Shown one piece after another: positions 12,513 to 24,959 of a stretch of 64,000 bases of DNA (position 1 is the first letter of the stretch; every line of letters starts with the position of its first letter). The position numbers and the translations under genes are program-made. Source of the stretch: Takakia lepidozioides (Eukaryota; Plantae; Bryophyta); contig CM060731.1 in NCBI GenBank assembly GCA_030704615.1, positions 65,410,001 to 65,474,000 of the forward strand, given 5' to 3'. The notes beneath the pieces are model-generated. The model was given only the letters and a program-made list of their open reading frames with translations. It was not told the origin of the DNA and made no database searches.

Positions 12513-15500
12513 CTACAATAAGCTCCCATTTGTGGCTTTCCTGGGCTTGCCGGGAACATCCAGGTTGGAATTAAGCAAAGATTTCCCTTTGAGAAATTCA
12601 GTGTCTGTGGCCATTATATTGTTCCCTAGGTAAATGAGGAAGAGATGTTGATGCTGTTGCCTTTGACTGACCTGCACCGTTCCCATAGCCAACAGGCAAC
12701 ATAAATATCAGGATTCATAAGACTCGAAATGAATGTGAGAACCACAATAAGCACACTATGCCTGCTCTTCTCCCCCTTAATTCCCTGCCATCCACCCCTC
12801 GTCTGTTACTCTGCAGGTAGCCCTTGAGCTAGATAGTAGTCCGCAGAGTAACAAAATAGTAATTTCATCTGGAAAACCCGCAATGGTCTGTACAGGCGTG
12901 CCCAAGCAACCTTCTCAGATGGAACACTCCAACCCCAGTAGAGGAATTAAATGGTCTTTTGAAGCTGTAAACAGACTGAAATCTTCCAAAAATCCATTGT
13001 TCACATAATGAATTCAATGTCAGTGATAGTGCTCCTGTTCTCTAAATGGAACATTGTTTGCATTCTTTCAGCAACCTTTCAGTAGAGGTACACCCCATGG
13101 CTTTTGACTGACTAGAAGGGAGTGTTGAGAGGGAAAGAGAAAGAGGAAGATAGAATGCCAAGTGGAAGAGATGAAAGAAAGCCGACCTGCTACAGGTAGG
13201 GTCCTCCCCAGAACTGTCACAAACCCGCTCAAACTCATACTGCAGACGACCCACAGCAATCTTGAAGAGCCCACCTGCATCAACTTTGATGCATCAATCT
13301 CTATTCACGTATACTCAACAGTCTAACCCAGATAATATTAAGCTGGATGTCAACCCTGTGCATCAAGCAAGCAAAATTTAGAATATGTCAGTCGAATACA
13401 TGATACATGAAGCACACAATATATGTATGAATACATAACTGTACTCATGCAAGGACAGACTGATTGCACTATTGACAAACAAAGCCCCTGAAGCAAAAAC
13501 CAAACCAACCTACCAAGTGTGAACAAAGAACATCAGCAACAAAATTGCATATAGCCAGTAGCATCTCAAATATGACAAGATTGAGACTCTCCAACTGAAT
13601 AGACACATTCATGTTCCTAGAAAAACATTCTTTAAAAAAGGTCCACACTTCTGCCAAATTTAGCATAAGCTCTGAACATACAGAAATGATTGACCGCCAC
13701 ACACACATACCTCAGTTGCAAAATGATGGTAGGAACGTGGGCCTATCAGAGTGTAATAGGGAGGCAGATGTGGCACCAGATCGTTGGCATGTGTCATTCG
13801 AATAGTCCGAGGGACAAGCTCATTGTAATATACTGCAAACACAGAGTTCCCAATTCGTGGCTGCCCAAATGTGATAATCTCATGTCTTGAACACCATAGT
13901 TCGCCTGCAAGGAAGCACTATTGTTTAGGGAGTAGAAGATGACAGAGAGTATTGTCCCTTCCTTCGACCAGTATCACTACTGATACCAGTTATTTGGCTT
14001 AGACCAACAGGTTAGGACCCAGTCAAATCTCTATGAGCCAGGACTTGCTTAAACCCTTTGTGCCTGCAAAAGTATTTTGTTGAGCAAAGGGACCTGCTTC
14101 TCATTTTGGAGCTAGTTCACAATTCAGCAAGCTTGACTGATTGTCTGATGACAAGAAAGTTTTGAGCCCTTGCAAGCCTGGGATGAGAGGGAGATGACAA
14201 ACGTACAGCGAGATCAAGTGCACAAAAGGAAGCCATAGCCCCTCCCATTGAGTGGCCTGTGACCAAGAAGTGGAGCCCATCCCTTTCCTGTTGTATAGCT
14301 TGAACAGCAGTGAGTATGCTGTCACGAACTGTGGTGTTGTGATATGCTGAATAGAACCCTTGATGTACCTGGCCACAACATAGATCACAAGTCAAGATCA
14401 TGAATTGCAAGTCGTCATGGAAAACAAGACTGCGGTTGGGGCCACGCCGTACGTTTGCTAGCTCCATGCCACCCATATGCTCGGTGATTCCCGTTCATAG
14501 GGAGTACCTAAAGTCCAATCTGGCTGGGCAGAGACAGGATTTCGGGTTTAGAGACTCAGTGTTTGGTGACTAATCAAAACCTTCAATCTGTACAGTCCTA
14601 GATGTCAAGTCATACACATTAAAAAGTAATCTGTAGTTTGGATATCATGCCTAAAAGCTTGTCTGGCATGCAGGAGAGAAGGTGAATAATGCCCTCCATA
14701 GCATCAGTGACACCCGGATAATTGAGATCAAGCTGTCTAAAGTACAAGTCCTCAGCCCAATTCTGCACACTACCAGATATCCCCACCAGTAATCTGCGCG
14801 TTAGCCAACTCTCTTCTAAGCATGCAGATCTTTCTGGATACCACTGGACAAGCATCTGTTTAACAACATCTCTTAACAATAAAATGTGAAAAAATCATGA
14901 TTCAGGAGGGGAAAGGGGAGGAAGGAGTAGGAGGGAAGGAACAGAACGAGTGCCATATATTTAGTTGTGAACACACACCTAACTGCCACACCTTGAAATC
15001 CTCCTCTACAACTATCAACCTGTGACAGAGGGAAGACAAAACTGATCATATCAACCACTAACAACAACTGAATGTAGTTTTGCAACTCTTTTGTTCCTAA
15101 ATTCACCATCATCAAGGGAATACCTGCTTTCTTGGTGCCACGAAATGCTATCACAATTGCATTCAAATTCTCCGCCACTCCAACAAAGGCCTGCATTTAA
15201 CCAGTAATTATCTTTTGGTATTGACCGACCCCTGATCTAAATCACCAAGCTTCTGTCTGTCTTCCTTTCCCATCCATGTTCCGAAAGACACGTTGTCAGT
15301 ACTGCTTGCACTCCAGCTCCGTTATTCACATTTATCTTGGTTGGAATATTTGAATTGCGATGCACATAGATGAAGTTCCAGCAAGCCTATGCATAAAAAT
15401 TATAGTGCGTTACTTTCCTACCCGAAGAACAATTCATGCGAAATTTCCCCTCCCAACGAGTTGATCTCTCCTCCATGAGCCAAAGGCAAAACTCGCTGCA

Positions 15501-16904
15501 AGAGAGGATTAGCAAAGAGTAGCAGTTCAAGCATGCTGTTGCACACCTGGAGGCAATGTTGAACATCCACAACAAGAGTATGAATCTTGAATCCCTGCCA
15601 TAATGTATTAACACAGATCCAACTCCAGATTCATCAATGAACCCTCCGTGGAAAGTAAGTAGACCTCCTGATGTGTGCAAGTAGGCCCATCCATTTACAA
15701 GCTCTTAAACACAGTTCAATCAGCAGCGGAGTATGACCATCATGATATCATGTCCATTGACAATCTGATTTTCCTTTTTGCAAATTGTAATTCATTCGTT
15801 TGGTCCAGTGAAGAAACAAATACACCCACAGTGTACACAGAATCACAATACTCCCTTTCATAGTTTCCAACTTTCCCTCCTTCTCATAACTCATAAGCGA
15901 AGTTCACTGGACTGGGTAATAGCACAGCATCCCAAGATTTTCCGGTCCACGCCTTCTCACCCAGCCTTGCGAAGTTTGACAATAAATATGTTCAAACCAC
16001 AAAATACCATGGCCACAAATGAACCACAAATTGCACACGACAGGCCCACCTTGGTCAAATCTTCACATCGTGAGCAGCTCCAAGAGAGCAGTGCAAGCTC
16101 ATCTTCTATGTAGACCTATCCAAAACATTTGCCACTTTGTCAGGAGACACAAACCATATCAAAAGATTCCATAATTAGTCGAAAGGAACAATAGCACAAA
16201 AAACAGGAATGGGGCCCTTACCGCCGATGCATACTCCACAAGGATGAGAGCCATGGTTCTATTATACCGACAGCCATTTGACATCTTTGTGACCACTTCC
16301 ACTTCTGCAGAGTCAAACCATTTCCTACTGGACATTAGTGCTGGGCAAATGTGCATTGTATCACCTATGTGTGATAACTATGGGCTGCAGACAGTTTTCC
16401 TCCAAACCATACCACTGTCTAAATTGGACATGTATTTCACTTTCTTGTTCCCCTACTACAGATCATGTTGGAAGCATAGCCGATCCCTGTGGAAGAACCA
16501 AGCCCTATGAGGAAAGCATACTTAAGACATCTGTTTTCAGTGAAGGCAGCCTCTGATTGTTAGGTTTACTGCAAGGTCACCAGGCCCAAGTATGGAAATC
16601 TGCCTCCCTGGTTATTATGAATGCCCAGCAGACACAACCTGTGCAACTGGACAAGTTTTCATGGCCTAACTCCTCCATAAATTGGTGTATCTCTCTCCAC
16701 ACGTTGCAGAGTTTGGTTGTGATAATTTTTCAACTAAGGATATCATCATCCCCATCAGCTTTTGCAAGAGACAGGAATCCCAGAGAAGAGGAGTCATTAA
16801 CCTGTCTCGGCATCTGTGTTAGCAGCTGACGAGGCTGGAGCAAGGAGCAGAAGCAAGATTATTGCTGCCCCAACCATGACTACCCTCCTCACAGCCACCT
16901 CCAT
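12513..16904 (-). CDS. Class 3 (triacylglycerol-type) lipase, 10 exons, copy 1; last exon corrupted
   Basis: Signal peptide (MEVAVRRVVMVGAA..LLLLLAPASSA), YNRTMALILVEYASA, AIVIAFRGT, QNWAEDLYFRQLDLNYP, VHQGFYSAYHNTT, GHSMGG, TFGQPRIGN, NDLVPHLPP, GEDPTCSR. Resembles the Arabidopsis At5g18630/At5g18640 family. The SDHL segment near 12620-12650 is garbled in this copy. Confidence 0.88.
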
Positions 16905-17051
16905 TCTCCAATCTGTTCTCGCTCACGAATGAGAAGGCGACCAGGCACAAGAGAAATTATATGATGAGGCAAGGATAACTGAGACCTGATCCCACAAGCT
17001 CTCCTTTTACAGTGGGGCCCAATCACTGATCCCAGAATTCGAATCCCGGAT

Positions 17052-17054
<3 letters not shown>

Positions 17055-17088
<34 letters not shown>
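17055..17088. repeat. (CT/AG)n microsatellite upstream of the lipase ATG
   Basis: About 17 CT units; also at ~42945-42977 and ~53459-53492. Confidence 0.95.
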
Positions 17089-17092
<4 letters not shown>

Positions 17093-17789
17093 TCTGAAGC
17101 ACTGGGGTAAACTGGACACAACGAAGTCGTGCCAATCGGATGACCACTGTGCCACTTCAGATACGCAGACAGTACAAATCCTTCCTGACGATGTATCCAA
17201 CTGGTGATCCCTACAACAATTTTCTCTGTGCCCCAATTAAGGTGGAACTACTGAGCCCAAATAAACACGGAAACTCTTCAGCTCATGCTTCCTCTCCGTG
17301 CATAATTTCAACAACCTATATACAGAAAAAGCACACACGCACATACACACTCACCCTTACCTCATATGCATGCCCAAGCTGAGCATATTCCAAAGAGACG
17401 GCGTCTCAAAAGCCACCCCGCCAATTCAGCACAGAAGCCCGCAAAACTTTGCAACCACGATGCTTCATGCTCTGCCAATTCTGAACTCACGCCTTCCTAC
17501 AATCCATCCGCTCTCACATTGCCTACCCATCCCGCTTCCGTGTAGCAGATGCATAGCGTACGGGCCACAGCGAGTGAGAAGAAAGTAATTGTCGAGGAAC
17601 GATGGTATCTCGCAGCAGCTGGGCTCTCGCAAATTCTCCACTGTTTCCTCGTCTTCATGTTCCTGTCGAGCCGACGGAAGCAAAGCTAATTCAGGGGGGA
17701 AAGCGTCGATTCTCCATTATGTTTTCCTGTCTATAGATTTAGCTGATAAAGTAAATATATAGAGAGCGGTTAGTATATAGGTCTATATG

Positions 17790-17863
17790 GCGGGGATAGC
17801 TCAGTTGGGAAAGCGTCAGACTGAAGATCTGAAGATCGCGTGTTCGATCCCCACGCTCGCCCA
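17790..17863 (+). tRNA. trnF-GAA: tRNA-Phe(GAA) variant, copy 1 (indels near 3' end)
   Basis: GCGGGGATAGCTCAGTTGGGAAAGCGTCAGACTGAAGATCTGAAGATCGCGTGTTCGATCC..., plant cytosolic tRNA-Phe pattern, followed by a T-run terminator. Confidence 0.85.
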
Positions 17864-18458
17864 CGGTATTTTAATACTTTTTTTTGATGTGAACATTCCA
17901 ATATTCAATGAAGGGGTGTTGCCTGAGAGTCAACTAAGGTGTTCATTGAGTTCGTAGCAAAGTGCTAGTAGGCTTTCCTTTAAGGGGGAGGCTGGTTTAT
18001 TGAATTAGGAGGGTATTCCCCATGCAGAGTGCTGCTACCAGGCTTTTCTTTAAGGGGAGGGCTGTCTTAGAGTCAAGAAAAATAGTGAATGAAATGGGTT
18101 GTTTATTGCGGTAGGAGGTTATTGTGTGTGCTAGGTAGTAGTCATTTGTTAAAAAATGAGAGGTTGTAATCGTGAGAGTACAATGCTAATCTTTCTTGCT
18201 TGGTCTCAGCAAGTGGTCACTGATACAATTTGCCACACTTCTTGATCTGGAATCTTCACGTCGGTAAATCGCAACAGTCAGAGACAAAGTCTACCTCTCC
18301 TCTCTCTCTCTCGTTAGAACTGGAGTTTTGCTGTAAGAGTTGGCTGGTTTCCATGACTGCCTCACGTGAAGTTCCCTAAGTTCTCGTCTGATGTATATGG
18401 TGGTCCTGTAGAGCGGTTCGAATTTCAAGTGAGTTTGGACCTTTGACTCTTGATTCTT

Positions 18459-19156
18459 ATGGCGTCGCCAGTTTATGTCCCGGATGGAATTTCCACTCCG
18501 TCCGTATTTTGTGGCAGTAGGGAAGCAACGAGACCTTTAGAAAGTGAATTCCACTGTGCTTTTCCACTGAGCGCGAAAGAGAGCGCCAACGCCGGTGAAG
18601 GCTGTCATTTGGCTTTTCGGGTGTGCGATCGTATCTAGAGGGCGAGAGAGACAAAGAGAAGGAAGTGAAAAGTACGATGAGCGGCGTCGCCGCCAGACCT
18701 CGGCAAGGCCTGCAGCGCCACCAAGTTAGTGGAGGTGTTGGCAGTAGCGACAGCGGTAGCAGCGCTAAGCGAGCAAGCGGACGTTGTGCAACAGTGGGCC
18801 CCACGCCGGTCAGGCGGCCTCGATCGGCTCGTCCCCCAGCTTGTTCAGCCCCGACGCCGTACAGGCAGCCAGCTCCAGCCCTCACCACAACCCCTTTACC
18901 GCCTACTCCACCATCCCTGACAATTCGCTCCCCAGAGCAACGAGAGGTGCTGAACACAGCCGCAAACTGCTCCTGCTAGAAGACTTGCTCCTCTTGGAAG
19001 ACCCCAACGCCAACGTACCCTACCCCTAGCTCACATGTTCCTGATGCGCACCAGAGTCCAAGCTCCAGACACCAAGTTCAAGAAGAGTCGTCCTCTTCAC
19101 AACGGTCTTCTCCACCGCTGATTCCAGGTTCTTCCATTGGCGCCCCACCGACCGAA
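18459..19156 (+). pseudogene. Pro/Ser/Arg-rich low-complexity ORF remnant, unassigned
   Basis: Starts MASPVYVPDG after a CT-rich leader; a frameshift leads into ...PTPVRRPRSARPPACSAPTP..., followed by an in-frame stop. Copies at ~44347-45178 and ~51289-52091 (-). No family recognised. Confidence 0.3.
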
Positions 19157-19180
19157 CGTGAGGGCCTGTGGAATTCCCTT

Positions 19181-19456
19181 TGCAAGCCGTTGGTGACCAA
19201 AAACTAGTGAGTAAGCGAGCGAGCCGGAAAGCGACCAAAGAGTGGGGAGCTGTTCCGGACTGCCATCTACCAAAGGGAATTCTCCTAGTCCCAATTAGGT
19301 GGAGGGTTTAGGGGGAAGCGAAGGGGGACCGTTATGTCCCGGTGAGCAGCCGAAGCTCCAAGTTGGCCCGGGCGGCCAGGTTGGGGAGTCAGGCGCGCGC
19401 ATCAAAGCGAGTAACTATGACTTGAAGGGGAGCTTACCGAAGTGAGGTGCGCGACA
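19181..19456 (+). mobile_element. 3' fragment of the chromovirus LTR
   Basis: Matches 48828-49104 and ends GGTGCGCGACA. It is followed by AAGGG rather than CAGTG, indicating an independent insertion site. Confidence 0.9.
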
Positions 19457-20520
19457 AAGGGGCTGTTTCAGCACCTTGAGGGCCGCCTATGGATGATTAC
19501 CATGAGTTCAGGCGGGGGCATGAGGTTGAGATCGAGGAGTGGAGGATGTACTGGTCACCCGACTATGTCTCCATCACTAGGGGCACTAGAGCCACGAGGG
19601 CAGTGGCTACACCTTCCGCTGCATCGACAGCTTCAGCAAGTAGCAGTGGGACTAGTGGGACTGGTGGTACAGTAGCTACGACGTCCACCCAAGCCACTAC
19701 CGCACCAGCACTAGCACCCGTGCCTGCCTTCAACCCTGTTGTGGAGTTCTTCGAAGAGTTGAGAGGGAACTACCAAGGGTGAGGACAGAGAAGTTGCGGA
19801 GCTTGCAAGAGTTCCAACGAAGCCGACCGAGAGCTTGAGGGAGGCTTTCACTCGCATGAGGCGCTTGATAAATGTAACCCAAGGGGTTACGGAAGCTCAG
19901 GCAGTCCAATTCTGGTATGGGATATTAGACAAGGAGCTGAGGAGAAGGGTGCGGGATGCAACTCTCCTACAAGCGGCCCAACCCACCTTAGCAAATGTTT
20001 TTGCTGGCAGAGCGGATAGAGCTCAACATGGTGGAGGAACGAGTGGTCATGGTGGGATTTGCTAAGGAGACACCACGGGTAGTGGTGCTCCTAGCCAACC
20101 ACTACCTCAACGTGCTCAAGGCAACAAGGGGGCTCAGGTGAAGCTCAGGGAAGGGCAGAGAGGACCTCAGATGCAGGGGTCTCTCCCTTCATTTGCTGGC
20201 CAACAACGGGCGGATGTGGTGTGCTGGACATGTGGAGGACCCCATGTCAAGAAGGATTGCCCAGAGGGAGGCAAAGGGCCGGCACATGCACAGCCTGCAC
20301 AGTTGCAGTGTGGGCATTGTGGCAAGCACGGGCATGGAGAGGCCCAGTGTTATGGTTTGCATCCTGAGTTGCGCCCAGGCCAGTTCCAAGGGAACAATGG
20401 TGGCCGGGGGCGAGGTGGAGCAGCCCAGAGAGGACGAGGTGGCAGCCACGAGGCAGGCCAAGGGCAAGCTCAACATGGCCAAGGACGCGGAGGTCAGGGG
20501 TTGACCAAGGCATGGCCAAC
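19457..20520 (+). pseudogene. gag: gag-like region with two zinc knuckles and an RGG-rich tract
   Basis: FFEELRGNYQG...ESLREAFTRMRRLI...AVQFWYGILDKELR; CWTCGGPHVKKDC; CGHCGKHGHGEAQC; GGRGRGG. Confidence 0.75.
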
Positions 20521-21199
20521 CGGCTTCAGCAGCTAGAGCAGAGGCTCGCTGCCATGGCTACAACTCAGGTGGTACCGGCTCTAAGGCCGGATGGTCCACC
20601 TCCTGCTCCTGAGGGAGGAGATATGGGAGGCATGGGATTCATGTGTGGAGCAGCACTACCACTAGTGCAGGTGGAGTCTGCTGCAGCCGTGACTCGAGGA
20701 GCAGCACGAGTTCCTGAGCCACAGGTGCAGAGGTGGAGTTGGATCCACAGCGTGGGGAGGCAAGCCGTCAGGCTAGGCTTCCTCAGTCATTCACATTGGC
20801 GGAGACAGTGTCGACGCCATCCATGGCACCTAGTTCTCGCCCGACTGTTACCGAGGCGGAGGTTACTATGCCATTGGGGAGAGCTACACGGGTAGCACAC
20901 TACCTAGTGTTGCCAAGGCTACGGCAGCTAGTGTGCTGCTAGGAGCGGCCACATCTGTGTGCCAGGCTCCATTGTTCTCGGCTACCATGATTGCGACGCC
21001 GGGGGTAAGACCAGCTGAGGTGTTCAGGCTGGCAGCTACACTCTGTGAGAGTGGGGAGGTTACTTCATCTTCTGCGGAGATAGTGGGAGGTGTAGTGCCG
21101 GAGGGATCCTCGGATTTGAGGGTCAAGACTGCACGGCGGCGCCATGGCAAGCTGCAGCTGCCAGGTTGATGGAGCTGCCAGCTAGGCCAGCCATTGAGC

Positions 21200-21660
21200 G
21201 CGCCATGGTGACACCTGGAGTTGTCATGTTAGACAAACCAGGATGCATTTTCTGTTTGAGTGGACCGGCAGGCAAGAGGTACCGGCCACTGCGGGTCTTG
21301 TTGGACTCGGGAGCTCAGCCATTGATGCTGGGCAGAGCTGCTATTGCAGGCTTGGGCCTCACGGAGGCGGATATGGAGCCTTGTCCTTTCCAGATACAGA
21401 CGTCTCTGGGAGGATCGGAGCAGGCTCGGGGCATGACACGGCGTGAGTTGGCTATCAGACTACGGCCGGATCACCCTACAGATGGCTCAGTGATGCGAGC
21501 CAAGGCCATTGTGACAGACGCGGTCTCATACGATGTCCTGGTTGGTGGGGCAGTGTTGTACCCCATGGGCTTCACCCTGGATTTTTGGGAGGAGTCAGCT
21601 TCCTATAGGCCTGCATGGCAGTCAGGGGAGGGCCGGCGTGTGCAGCTCCCTGTGACGTTC
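21200..21660 (+). CDS. Retroviral-type aspartic protease domain
   Basis: RVLLDSGAQPLMLG ... YDVLVGGAVL in ORF 21166-22011. Confidence 0.85.
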
Positions 21661-22007
21661 ATAGGAGGAGTTGCGGTTGCCCAGCGAGGCAAGATGCCGA
21701 CACTAGCAGCATTCACAGCGGCAGTGAGTTGGCCTAGAGAGTTGCTTGAGGGCAACGCTCATTCAGAGGATGTGCACCTCCGGGAGAGCAGGATGACATG
21801 TATGGTATGGCGGAGTTGCCTACCATGGTTGCTCAGACTCCATTGTGGGGCACGAGCAAGGATTTGCAGCGGGATGCTGATCGACGGTGCAACAAGCCTG
21901 GGTGGAGGCTTTTGTACCGTCAGGAGAGGAGGAGAGTGCGGGGATTGCACCAGGACCACCTCAATTGTCTCCATTGGACACCACACCTATTGTGTGGCAG
22001 TATCCGG

Positions 22008-22930
22008 ATGAAGGCATTTGTCTTCTGGACTTGTTTGGCGGGATCAGCACCGGATTGGCTGCTGTGTTACAGGCAGGTGTACGAGTTCGGCGTTACCTGT
22101 ATGTGGAGAGGGATGAGACTGCACGACGCGTTTCACTTCGCCATGCTCAGTTGGTGCAGCGGTACCCTGAGTTGTTGTCGGTGTCTGCAATTCGTGGATA
22201 TCAGCAGGCCTTGCCAGCAGACATTTCGTTGCTGGGGGCGCAGGATTTTGGAGCGGGTTGGCTCCATTGATCTGGTAGTGGCAGGTTGGCCCTGCCAAGG
22301 GCATTCATCAGCCGGGCATGGCAATGGATTGCGAGACTCGAGGTCGGGTCTGTTTTGGGAGATGGTGCGGGTTTTGCGCCACTTGCAGCTTCATCAAGCT
22401 GTATCTCCAGCATACATCTTGGAGAATGTGCCACTGATGGGCGATTCTCGGGCCAGGGTGATGGCCAGTGTGCATCAAGTCCGGTCGTGGCTTGGGTCAG
22501 CAGTGTTGCTAGATGCAGCTACAGTGGGGTCACGGGCTCATCGTCCACGGCTATGGTGGACTAACTTGATGCCACCCGCACTGCTCAAGCGTGCATTTGA
22601 TGGGGTGCAGCGGCCAGCACATCTCACAGTGGATAACATTCTGGACACAGGGAGGCAGTCTCACGTGTGAGACACGATGACCGTTCGCCTTTGGCAGTGG
22701 AGGGGTTGAGCACACCATGTGCTTTCCAGGATCGATAGTGGACCTGGCCTCCTGTGGGATGCTCAGTTGCAGCAGTTAGTGGAGCCTAATGCTGACGAGC
22801 GTGAGCGGGCAATGGGTTTTACCACTGGTACCACGGCGGTGTCGTCTCTTTCTGAGGCATCACGTCGTCAAGTGTTGGGGCAAGCAATGGATCTCAATTG
22901 CTTGACCTGGATTATCAGCTTGGCTCTGGC
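22008..22930 (+). CDS. C5 cytosine DNA methyltransferase domain (DNMT3-like) within pol; frameshift ~22248, break ~22670-22720
   Basis: Motif I LLDLFGGISTG (22025), II YVERD, IV VAGWPCQG (catalytic Cys 22293-22295), VI YILENV (22422), VIII AHRPRLWWTNL (22539), IX ERERAMGF, X RRQVLGQAM. Confidence 0.93.
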
Positions 22931-23339
22931 TGAGCAACGCAGAGTGCGGAGTACACTTCCCTCAATGGTCTCTCTGCCTACCGAGACGGTACAGGCAGTG
23001 AGTGGGGGCGAGCATGTGAGGACCACGGGGTGCATGCATCCATGGCACACGTGGGAGGTGCTCGAGGTTCAGAGGGAGTTGGCAGCCAAGGCGGCTGTGA
23101 TGGATGAGGTTGGGGATTCTTCTCGGTTGAGGAGGTCCTCAAGGATGAGATGATGGGGCAGGATGAGGCCTTGTCATTGACTGAGCAGGCAGGGAGTACT
23201 GCTCAAGAGGTTGCAACATAGCAACCACTGGACGCGTCCTCTACCTCTAAGCCCACTGGACTTAAGGTTGCAGTTACGGAGGACAATTGGGAGCCTGACA
23301 TTGGACCCATTGTCACCGGAGGAGAGAGACGACGTATAC

Positions 23340-24710
23340 GGCGGTTCCTGAGGGCTTACAGGAATTGCTTTGCCTTCAGTTTGAAGGACTTGGGAGCACT
23401 GAAGGGTCAAGAGATCCGTATTGAGTTGGCCACTGACACGCCAATCTTTCGGAGACCCTATAGATAGTGACATGGAGAGGTCTTTGATTCAGATGAGGAC
23501 TCAAGATCTCTGGGAGGCAGGTTTGGTGGAGCTCTCTGGTGGAGAGTATGCTTCAGCCACAGTGATGCCAGCCAAGAAGGATGTCTATGGCAATTGGACG
23601 GAGAGACGTATGTGCGGTGATTACCGGCCTGTAAATCGTCAGACCAAGTCCGATAAGTATGCCATGCCAACACCAGAGGAGATCTTTGATGCCATCGGGC
23701 ATGCTAAGGCCTTTAGCACTTTGGATTTACGATCCGGATATCACCAGTTGCCAATCAAGGAGGCGGACAAGCAGAAGACGGCATTCTGGGGGATCAATGA
23801 GCACGGCAAGGATTGCCTATATCAGTGGCGGTTCTTACCATTTGGGCTTAAGAATGCTCCTGCAGAGTTTCAGAGAGTCATGGATAGGATTCTAGCAGGG
23901 GTGGACTTTGCTCGGTGCTACATAGATGACATCATCATCTTTAGTGTTACGATGGAGGAGCATGAGAGACACCTTCAGGTGGTATTGGAGCGCTTGAGAG
24001 CGCACGGATTGAAGTTGCATCCGGGGAAGTGCAAGTTTTTCCACAACCAGATTGAGTATCTGGGTCACATGATATATCCTGGAGGATTGGGGGTACAGCA
24101 GACTAAGGTAGAGGCCATTGCACAAATTCCACGCCCCACGGATGTGAGCCGAGTTCGAGCTTTCATGGGGTTGGCAAACTATTATAGACGGTTTGTCAAG
24201 GGATTTAGTACCATTGCAAAGGCTCTAACCAAGCTGACCAAGGTGGACCAGGAGTGGCAGTGGGAAGATGAGCAGGAACGAGCTTTTCAAGAGCTCAAGG
24301 CGAGGTTGACCTCGGCGCCTATCTTGAGACGACCTATCAGGGGGCGTCCCTTTCAGCTGCATACGGATTGGAGCATGCTGGGGCTTGGAGCGGTGCTCAC
24401 ACAGGTGGATGATGAGGGAAGAGAGTTCGTAGTGGCTTACGCTAGCCGCTCGAACAACGCTGCAGAGGCTAAGTACAGCTCATATGAGGGAGAGTGCTTA
24501 GCTGCAGTGTGGGCCGTGGCACACTTCAGGTGCTATCTATACGGCAATCTTTTCACCCTTGTCACGGATCACCAGCCACTCAAGTGGTTGATGGAGTCAG
24601 ACAAGCTTACGGGGAAGCTTGGGTGGGCACTTATACTCCAGGAGTATGACTTTCAGGTTGTGCATCGACCGGGTTTGGTCAATCGGATGCGGATGGATTG
24701 AGTCGCAATC
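23340..24710 (+). CDS. pol: Reverse transcriptase and RNase H (Ty3/gypsy)
   Basis: RMCGDYRPVN, FSTLDLRSGYHQL, LPFGLKNAPAEFQR, CYIDDIIIFS, FMGLANYYRRFV; FQLHTDWS, EGECLAAVWAV, TDHQPL. Confidence 0.97.
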
Positions 24711-24959
24711 CATGCATGAGCCAGCAGGATGACACTGGAGCTCGGTGGCATGGTGAGACGGACGAGGAGATGGTGCCGGGATGGCACGCATCTGCATTTT
24801 TGTGTATCTTGGCATCGGGAGGTCAGTTGGACCTACAACAGGGATGACTGTAGACGGAGTGTCTGAGGACCCTGAGGCTAGTGATGAGCAGGTGGTGCCA
24901 GAGATATACATGAGGATTCGGCTGTGTTGGACTACCTCCGCACGGGAGACACGGCAGCC

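Larger units (their letters stand above)
6540..19156 (+). repeat. Segmental duplication unit, copy 1
   Basis: Near-identical to ~33667-45178 (direct) and ~51289-64000 (inverted); the same ORF peptides recur three times in the ORF track. Confidence 0.95.

Noticed and set aside
17790-17950. tRNA-derived SINE
   Set aside because: It is a full 73-nt tRNA followed immediately by a T-run. The multiple copies are explained by the segmental duplication.
19181-19456. 5' LTR of the DNMT element
   Set aside because: It matches the chromovirus LTR rather than 26603-27108, and it leads directly into mid-gag with no PBS.
20210-20370. Ty1/copia assignment from the C..C....H....C..LHP knuckle
   Set aside because: The RT-RH-INT order and RT motifs are Ty3/gypsy.
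22008-22930. Host MET1/CMT/DRM gene
   Set aside because: It is intronless, has no BAH/chromo/UBA domains, lacks the DRM motif permutation, and is flanked by PR and RT.
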